Assembly: GCA_951406725.2 (NCBI GenBank)
Contig: OX597819.1
Span: 126,232,001-126,296,000, forward strand
Length of the DNA stretch: 64,000 nt
Direction of reading: 5' to 3'
DNA from: Octopus vulgaris
Taxonomy: Eukaryota
The notes below the pieces were generated by a model. That model did not search any database, had not been told where the DNA came from, and saw only the letters and a program-made list of their open reading frames with translations. Shown here piece by piece: positions 55,915 through 64,000 of this stretch. Both the position numbers and the translations under genes were made by a program. Each line of letters starts with the position of its first letter. The first letter of the stretch is position 1.

Positions 55915-56522
55915 GTATGTATGTATGTATGTATGTATGTATGTATGTATGTATGTATGTATGCGTATGTATGTATGTATGTATGTATGTATGTATGTAT
56001 GTATGTATGTATGTATGTATGTATGTATGTATGTATGTATGTATGTATGTATGTATGTATGTATTTATGTATGTATGTATGTATGTATGTATGTATGTAT
56101 GTATGTATGTATGTATGTATGTATGTATGTATGTATGTATGTATTTATGTATGTATGTATGTATGTATGTATGTATGTATGTATTTATGTATGTATGTAT
56201 GTATGTATGTATGTATGTATGTATGTATGTATGTATGTATGTATGTATGTATGTATGTTGTGTATGTATGTATGTATGTATTTATGTTGTGTATGTATGT
56301 ATGTATTTATGTTGTGTATGTATGTATGTATGTATTTATGTTGTGTATGTATGTATGTATGTATTTATGTTGTGTATGTATGTATGTATTTATGTTGTGT
56401 ATGTATGTATGTACTTATGTTGTGTATGTATGCGTGTATGTATGTATGTATGTATGTGTGCATGCATGCATGTATATATGTATTTATGTAAGTATGTATT
56501 TATGTTGTGTATGTATGTATGT
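55915..56522. repeat. (TATG)n microsatellite grading into a tttatgttgtg-punctuated minisatellite
   Basis: Direct reading. Confidence 0.9.
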
Positions 56523-56617
56523 GTGAATGAATGTATGTATGTTTAAATGTGTATATTTGTATGTTTGTCACTGTGTGTAGATATACATACACATACACCT
56601 ATATGTACATGCATCTA

Positions 56618-56700
<83 letters not shown>

Positions 56701-56995
56701 TTATCTATCTGTATCTGTCTGTCTGTCTGTTTGTCTAATACTGTGATGGAAAATGGTGAAACTTTATGTTACTAACGTTGTTTTATGACGTCAAAGACGA
56801 CGGCGACAGCGGCGGCGATTACTGACATTATCACGTTACGTAAAGTTGATAATTAACTTCAGATAGAAACGCTTATTTCCAGCTTTTGTATGTATGTATG
56901 TGTATATGTACGTGTGTATATAGATGTTAATCTGCGTCGAATCAATTGTAGTGTAATGTAATAAAATATATTGCTCAATCTATTTTCTGTTGTTC

Positions 56996-57033
<38 letters not shown>

Positions 57034-57063
57034 AGTTAACGCAAGTGTAATCAAATATTTTTA

Positions 57064-57147
57064 CTTTCGACACATGTTTCGAAAATTCCACTGATACTAT
57101 TCAAAAGAATAAATGCTATAAACAATGCAATCTTCTCCTCAGGAAAG
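57064..57147 (-). ncRNA. Type I hammerhead ribozyme motif (family F element, about 57028-57350)
   Basis: Minus strand reads ctttc-CUGAGGA-gaagatt...aattttc-GAAA-c-atgt-g-UC-gaaag, with canonical GUC triplet. (TA)n on both sides of the element. Confidence 0.82.
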
Positions 57148-57371
57148 TGAAAAAAACGAAACTCGTCAATAAGACATTTTAGCAAAAAATGATGGATTTG
57201 TATAGCGATAGACAGAACGCTATTAATATTGTTTCTACCTTTATAAACAAGGAGTTACAACACCTTTACTTGTGAGATTTTTGCTGCCCTGGTAACTATT
57301 TATTTATTTTTTCCGTGTTAATTGTTAACAAGGTAAAAATACACTCATCTATTTATATATATATATATATA

Positions 57372-57585
57372 TTGGTAAAAACGGTAAGATAACGGAAGAA
57401 AGAAGGAGACCTCAATATTATGTAAATAGAGGAAATTTATCTGTAAATTAATATGTGACAAGTATTCGGTAGTCAAGATAAAACTCTGAGTTTCGGATGC
57501 TGAGGTGGAAGTGGATTTCCACCTCGGCATCCGAAACTCAGAGTTTTATCTTGGCTACCGAATAATTGTCATATATTATTTTACA
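57372..57585. mobile_element. Fold-back element with one-sided tail
   Basis: Near-perfect palindrome 57442-57585. Arms carry ccgaaactcagagtt (hammerhead 3' half). Tail at 57372-57441. TA flanks. Confidence 0.8.
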
Positions 57586-57880
57586 TATATATATATACAT
57601 ACATACATACATACATACAAACATACATTCATACACACATACATACATACATACATACATACATACATACATACATACATACATACATACATACATACAT
57701 ACATACATACATACATGCCTACATACATACAGACAGACAGACATAGATATGAGAGGTATTGGTATCCAGAGGACCCAGGGTGCAGGTAACGTTGTGTAAT
57801 TGTTATGAAAGGACCGTAGTTAAAGTATTGGTTCGATAATAATACGAGTGAGGAGTCTAATGCGAATTTTTTATGAGCAT

Positions 57881-58200
57881 GTATATATTAAATAAAACGA
57901 GACAACAAAACCGAGGCTGTGTGGAATTTAAGGGACATTTATAAAGAGAAATTTAGTCATATAGCTATTTCTGGGATATTAGGGATATCATTTCATGAGA
58001 GATGTTGTGAGATGGTTGAACAGAGGAAAATTATAGAGTTCAACTCAATTAATTCCCTTTATTCAACCATCTCACATCGTCTCTGATGAAGGAATATCCC
58101 TAATATCACAGAAACAGCTGTAAGACTAACTTTCTATTTATAAATGTCCTGAAAATTCCATGCAGCCTTGGCTTCGTTGTCTCATTTCATTTAACATACA
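57881..58200. mobile_element. Fold-back element with hammerhead motif
   Basis: About 155-bp inverted arms. Right arm reads gtct-ctgatga-aggaatat...atatcaca-gaaa-cagctg-ta-agac (58079-58126). Confidence 0.82.
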
Positions 58201-58207
58201 CACACAC

Positions 58208-58282
<75 letters not shown>

Positions 58283-58418
58283 GTACACAAACACACACAT
58301 ATGGGTACCTCATGAGTTAACGGTATTTAAACACATTTTGATGAAAGACCGAACCTGAAACGTTATAATCCATGTCTGTATATCTTATTCAAAGTTACGA
58401 ATACTAATTCCGTACACT

Positions 58419-58451
<33 letters not shown>

Positions 58452-58819
58452 GTCTGTCTCTGTGTCTCACTCTGTCTCAGACCTAACAGATTACCGCAAG
58501 CAGGTTGGCCTGATGTTCAATAATTTTTCCCTTTTCCTTCACTTAAATTAATATTTACTGATCATTTATTAATGGTATAGTATACAATCCCAAATAACAC
58601 TCCAATATATGGAAAAAGCGATGAACTCATACGCAGAACGAAAGGAACATATCGACCCAGTCGTGGGAGGAAAAGAGCTAACGATGAGGAGCTTCAAAGA
58701 TGTCAATCGATGTGATAGAAATAGCAAACATATCTCCACCCAAAATATCCAATCAAGTTAAAAACAAAACAAAAAGCAAAAAGCAAACGTGAACGACACA
58801 TTGGTCAAATAAAGTACGG

Positions 58820-59700
58820 AATAATAATTGCATTGACATGTACATGGGACACAACATCCTTTGCAATGATTTATTTTTCCATGCTACCTTAGTACTTGAG
58901 TGTGTAGTTGAAATTAGCATTGCAGCCAGTCTTTTGTATATGCAACTTTTGTGAGGTCTTCTTTTACATCAAATTACTCAAGACAATTTCGTTTTTGGAT
59001 TTGGTTTGCAAGATTCTTTATATGAGTTCGTGTGTTGAAACATATTCTATTGTGTCTGGGGAGAGTAATTTTCTTTTTGTGCCTTATTATGTAACACACT
59101 CACCGGTAAAATTTCCACTTTTTTCTTATTTTTATTGTCCTAAAATTGTCGTTGCGTCTTGCAACCTTTAGAGTCAAAACTATTGAAAAGGTTGCAAGAC
59201 GCAACGAAAAGTTTAGGGCAATAAAATATGGAAAAAGTGGAAATTTTACCGGTGAGTGTGTTACATAATAAGGCACAAAAAGAAAATGACTCTCCTCAGA
59301 CACAACAAAATACTCAAGACTATGATTTTAAGGATGGTCGTGACTTGGCGATTCATTGAGTGACCGGTGTCTCTAGGCCATTCTGAATGTCTTGTCTTGT
59401 CGTAGCAGCCTTATGTAGCATTAAAGTTCTAATATCGACCAGTGTTTTTGAGATCTAATGAAGACAGCTTCCTCATGGCTCCTCTGTTGACGAAAACTTT
59501 CCACAAGTCTATCTAACATCGCGCACCCTACTGTCATAGATAAGGAATGACGGAATGGCACATTAGATCTAGCACGTTTGAAGGAAAAAACGAACAAAAC
59601 AAAAAACAAAGTAAGAAGGTTGGTCGCAACATTTTGAAAAACAGAAAAAGTAAGGTGGAGCATCATTGAGCAGAGGTCTATTCGATAAGGTCAGATCAAG
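58820..59700 (+). repeat. Diverged direct repeat, copy 1 (paralogue of 61428-62231)
   Basis: Colinear similarity, e.g. gctaccttagtacttg, ttttaaggatggtc, ttttgagatctaatga. Confidence 0.85.
58985..59310 (-). mobile_element. Fold-back family E element, copy 3
   Basis: Tail on the left. TSD tactcaagac at 58975-58984 and 59311-59320. Confidence 0.9.
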
Positions 59701-60009
59701 AGTAGGCTCAAATATCAACTATAATTAACATAGTTTTACTAACTAGAGAAAGGAAATTAGTTTTACAGAAAAGGGACACCACCATTTTGATATCAATGAT
59801 GTTATTTCTTCGTTTAATACTATCATCGTACAAGTATCTTGTCACTGGTTCGTCATATGACTCATACAAAACTTGCTCTGCAACTTGACAATGTTGTGTT
59901 GAGTTACGATAAATGGTTAGCATACAATATTACGTCAAAATGTCTGTCTGTCTTTCTCTTTGCCCCTTTTTTCTCTCTCTTTCTATCTTCACATATATAT
60001 AATACTCGA

Positions 60010-60071
<62 letters not shown>

Positions 60072-60154
60072 TAACAAAATAATAAATAAAACATATGCAT
60101 ATATACATACATATATGTACGTACCTACATCTATATGTTTATATACATGCATAT

Positions 60155-60330
60155 ATGGGTACAGGTCACTAAAAAAAAAAAAAATAGAACACAATGAGAA
60201 ACGAAAACATAAAAACAAAACCATGGGAACGGACATTTTTTTAAACAACGAAAAAGCAGAGTAGAAGACATACAACACAAGGACAAGTCCCTTTCTTCAG
60301 CCGCCCCTGCTCCGTCTACTCCGTGTTTCG
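60155..60330 (-). mobile_element. Penelope-like terminal remnant truncated at cgaaac
   Basis: Minus strand begins cgaaacacggagtagac directly after (TA)n and resembles 1855-2012. Confidence 0.4.
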
Positions 60331-60354
60331 ATATATATATAATATATATATAAT

Positions 60355-60624
<270 letters not shown>

Positions 60625-60819
60625 CTATATCTATTATAGACATATGTGCGTATATGTATATTGGTATATATATGCATGTGTATACACATGGAGCTGCGTT
60701 GCTTTGTGGTTAGGGTGTTGCACTCAGGTTTGTAAGATTGTAGTTTCCATTCCTGGACTGGTCCATGCGTTTTGTTCTTGAACAAAACACTTCATTACAC
60801 GTTGCAGGCAAAAAAAAAA

Positions 60820-61037
60820 TGGCGAGCTGGTAGAATTGTTACCACGCCGGACAAAGTGCTTAATGGCATTTCGTCCGTCTTTATGTTCTGAATTCGAATT
60901 CCATCGGGGTCAACTTTGCCTTTTGTCCTTTCAGAATCGGTAAAATAAGTACCAACCAGCTGAGCACTGGGGTCAAATGTAATCGACTTACCCGCTTCTC
61001 TGAAACTGCTAGTTTTGTGGCAAAATTTAAAACTAAT
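60820..61037 (+). mobile_element. SINE family B, diverged
   Basis: ggcgagctggtagaattgttaccacgccgg...ctttgccttttgtcctttc. Confidence 0.78.
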
Positions 61038-61427
61038 AATGATCGGTGCTTCTTTTTGTGTATTTATTTTAGGAAAAACTGGTACGTAAATTATAATTAA
61101 CCGTTTTTAATAAACATACATTTTAGTTCGGTGTGATAAATATACAAAATTACTACATCACAGAGTTTTATCTACACTCCTATACAAATTAGATTTTTAA
61201 TAAACGCACACATAAATATAAACACGTGTGTGTCCCTACTTACTGGGTTAGAAACTATCGACTAAAACCTTGAAAGCAGTACCACAATAAAACCGCATTT
61301 CTGTAAGTGAAGTCAGTAAATTATTATTTTTATATTCCAACAATGGGAACTGGTTTTTTAAAAGGAAACAAATTTTGCTCATGTCTCAGTTTGTGAACCA
61401 CTCGGGCCTCGAATGCACGGAAGCTTG

Positions 61428-62231
61428 GATAATCATTGTATTGCTATGTGCGTGGGACACAACATACTTCGCAATAATATATTTTTCTAGGCTACCTTAG
61501 TACTTGGGTGTGGAGTTGAAATTAAGATTGCAGCCATTCTTTTGTGAGGTTTTCTTTTGCAACAGATTGCTCAAGACTGTGGTTTTAAGGATGGTCTTGA
61601 GTTTGTGATTCATTCAGTGACCGATGTTTCTAGGACATTGTGAATGTCTCGCCAGCTAGTAGCAGTCTTTCGTAGCATTAAATTTCTAATATAGACCAAT
61701 GTTTTGAGATCTAATGAGGAAAGCTTCCATATTGTCCCTGTTTGCGAAAACTATCCGCAAGTCTGTCTGGCACCCTGCATCGTATTGCCATAGATAAAGA
61801 ATGACATATTATATATAGTTATTTTTGTTTTTGTTTGTTCCTTCCCGAGCCACGCCTGGCTCATAAGGGTCGGTTTCCCGGTTTCCTTGGCGTATAGGTT
61901 CCCCACCTGGACGCAGATGAGCTGCAAGATGCAGGAGGAAAGAGTGAGAGAAAGTTGTGGCGAAAGAGTCAGCAGAAGTTTCGCCATTACCTTCTGTCGG
62001 AGCCGCGTGGAGCTTAGGTGTTTCGCTCATAAACTCACACATCGTCCGGTCTGAGACGAGTCCGCTGCTCTAACCACTAGGCCATGTGCCTCCACTATAG
62101 TAGTTTTGAAAAACATCAAAATAAAAATAGCAAGAAGGGTAGTCACAACAATTTGAAAGAAATGATAAAAGAAAAAAAAACAAGATGGTGCATCATTGAA
62201 CATAGGTCTGTTTGATCAGACCTGTGATCAA
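61428..62231 (+). repeat. Diverged direct repeat, copy 2
   Basis: Paralogue of 58820-59700. Lacks the family E insertion and carries a SINE C insertion. Confidence 0.85.
61820..62095 (-). mobile_element. SINE family C variant, tail type 3
   Basis: Head ggaggcacatggcctagtggttagagcagcggactcg; distinct tail ending aacaaacaaaaacaaaaat. Confidence 0.82.
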
Positions 62232-64000
62232 TACTGTTCAAGCAGTGACCTGAGGTTACACAACAACAGCAACCTGTTAATCATAAAACCCTGTATTACA
62301 TTCCAGAGCAGATTTTGAATTATCTGTTAATATCTTTGTATACTTGGTCAGTAATCTATGTTGTTGTCTAACTTACAAAGGGAAAATCCTGTCCACTCAT
62401 CTATGTAGCGGCCAGCAATTAAAATTCAAAAGCTTATTTAGATAATTTTGTATGAAATTCAGTAAACTTAGCCACTGTTGTGATTTTTTTTTAGTCCAAG
62501 ATCATTCCTGACTCAGCATTTCTATGTTTAAAATCGTTCAAACCGTGGCCACCACGTCTACTTTTCGAGCATAGTGTGTTTAGGGTTATATTATCCAACG
62601 TGTTCTTTCTTAAGACTATTGGATGAGCTTGAACGTTTAACTGCCAAGGTGGAGTTGTACGTAGTCAGTAGAGACTCACTTGCGAATCAGGTAGAGAAGA
62701 TCTACGAGAAAACCTCTGATTACTGCGGGGAAGACTCTATTCGATACTCTATGAGTACTTGCTCAAATTACTAAATATAAGCAACATTTTATGTAGGTGA
62801 TTGTTAAAGTGACTGCAACCAAATTCCCTTCGAATCGTTAGCACTACTCAAATACTGGGGTCGATATAATCAACTTTTCACCTCTTAAATATTTCTGGCC
62901 TATGTTAGAATTATTGTTATTAACTATTATTTTTTTCTTATTTTACTTTCCATACAGAATTCGTTTTATCTATTTCGGTTACATTTTATTGTCTAATTGC
63001 GGTATATACATCTAATTTCATCGCTAAATGATAGCACAAACAACATCCTCTCCAATCCCGGTATTCTGTAGTCCTGAGGGAGTTCTTTTATTATCGTAGG
63101 TAGGAAAGCACTTGACTAATACGCAGATGAGTTTTCCAATAAATTGCTCATCAAAGCACCGATCTCAATTCAGAAAGGGGACACAGGCTTTTCACACCAT
63201 TCCACCTTCCCTTCCTTTTATCCCAAATCAAATTATGCTGTTAGTAAATTGTGGTGCTAAAGGAAGGGAGTCAGATTAGAAATTCCATCTAGTTAATCTT
63301 CATGTCAATTTACTGTATCTGATATCATCTTAAAAGCGTAATAACTCTAGAAGTTCGGTCTATCTGTAGTAACATTGCTATCAGAGCATGAACGATACCT
63401 GCCCAGTGACTCTCATTAACAAGTGTATACATATGCTCATAGGTACACAGACACACGGACGCATGATTACAAGCACACATCAAAACAATACAGAAAAGAG
63501 TGCGTGGACATGTTTGTATGTGTGTGCTTGCGTGTATTTACGTGTGTACATCACTTTCTCTCGTTGTATGTGTATACACATACATGCATATAAACGTGTG
63601 TGTGTGCGAGTATGTGTCTTTGTGTGTGTATGCATATTTATTCGTATATACACGCATACTCACATACGCACATACACACACATACGTACATCTTTCCACA
63701 AAAGCATGTATATGCAAGGCCACAGTTAACGTTGAACTGTAAATTAAAAGTTGAGAGACTCACCGGAGACAGCATCAATATATATATATGTATATATATG
63801 TGTATATATATATGTATAGACAAATGTCAAAGCGTGTTTGTAGGCGGATTGTGAAACTCATCCTCCTTCCGTCTTTCTTTCTTTCTTTCTTTCTTTCTTT
63901 GTCTCTCTTACTCCCTGATAATCTCTTAACAAAACTTCTTTTGGTACTTGTATTCGAAAGGACTGTCTGTGGCCAAAATACCCTGTGAGAACCAACTTTG

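Noticed and set aside
62574-62774. 66-aa ORF with coiled-coil-like composition
   Set aside because: No recognisable domain or convincing splice sites.

Overview
Repeat-dominated, AT-rich eukaryotic DNA, most likely intronic or intergenic sequence from an Octopus genome (inferred from the dense TA/CATA/CTAT/TAA microsatellites and the tRNA-derived SINE types). No intact host gene is visible, and almost every ORF in the track is a microsatellite artefact. The window holds three tRNA-derived SINE families (about 25 copies), fragments of R4/Dong, CR1/L2-like, RTE and Tx1/L1-like LINEs, a Merlin-like transposase fragment, a TIR element and a Helentron-type element. The most notable signal is a set of about 15 short non-coding elements from several unrelated families that carry minimal type I hammerhead-ribozyme motifs (CUGANGA...GAAAC-palindrome-UH, including U3-A8 and A6U core variants). 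Many are long fold-back palindromes with a one-sided tail, sitting in or next to (TA)n tracts. One family shows 10-13 bp target-site duplications and a filled/empty paralogous site pair inside the window. They are best read as Penelope-like pLTR or retrozyme-type elements. There is also one weak candidate serine-protease exon (CG...RIVGG). All coordinates were read by eye and may be off by a few bases.
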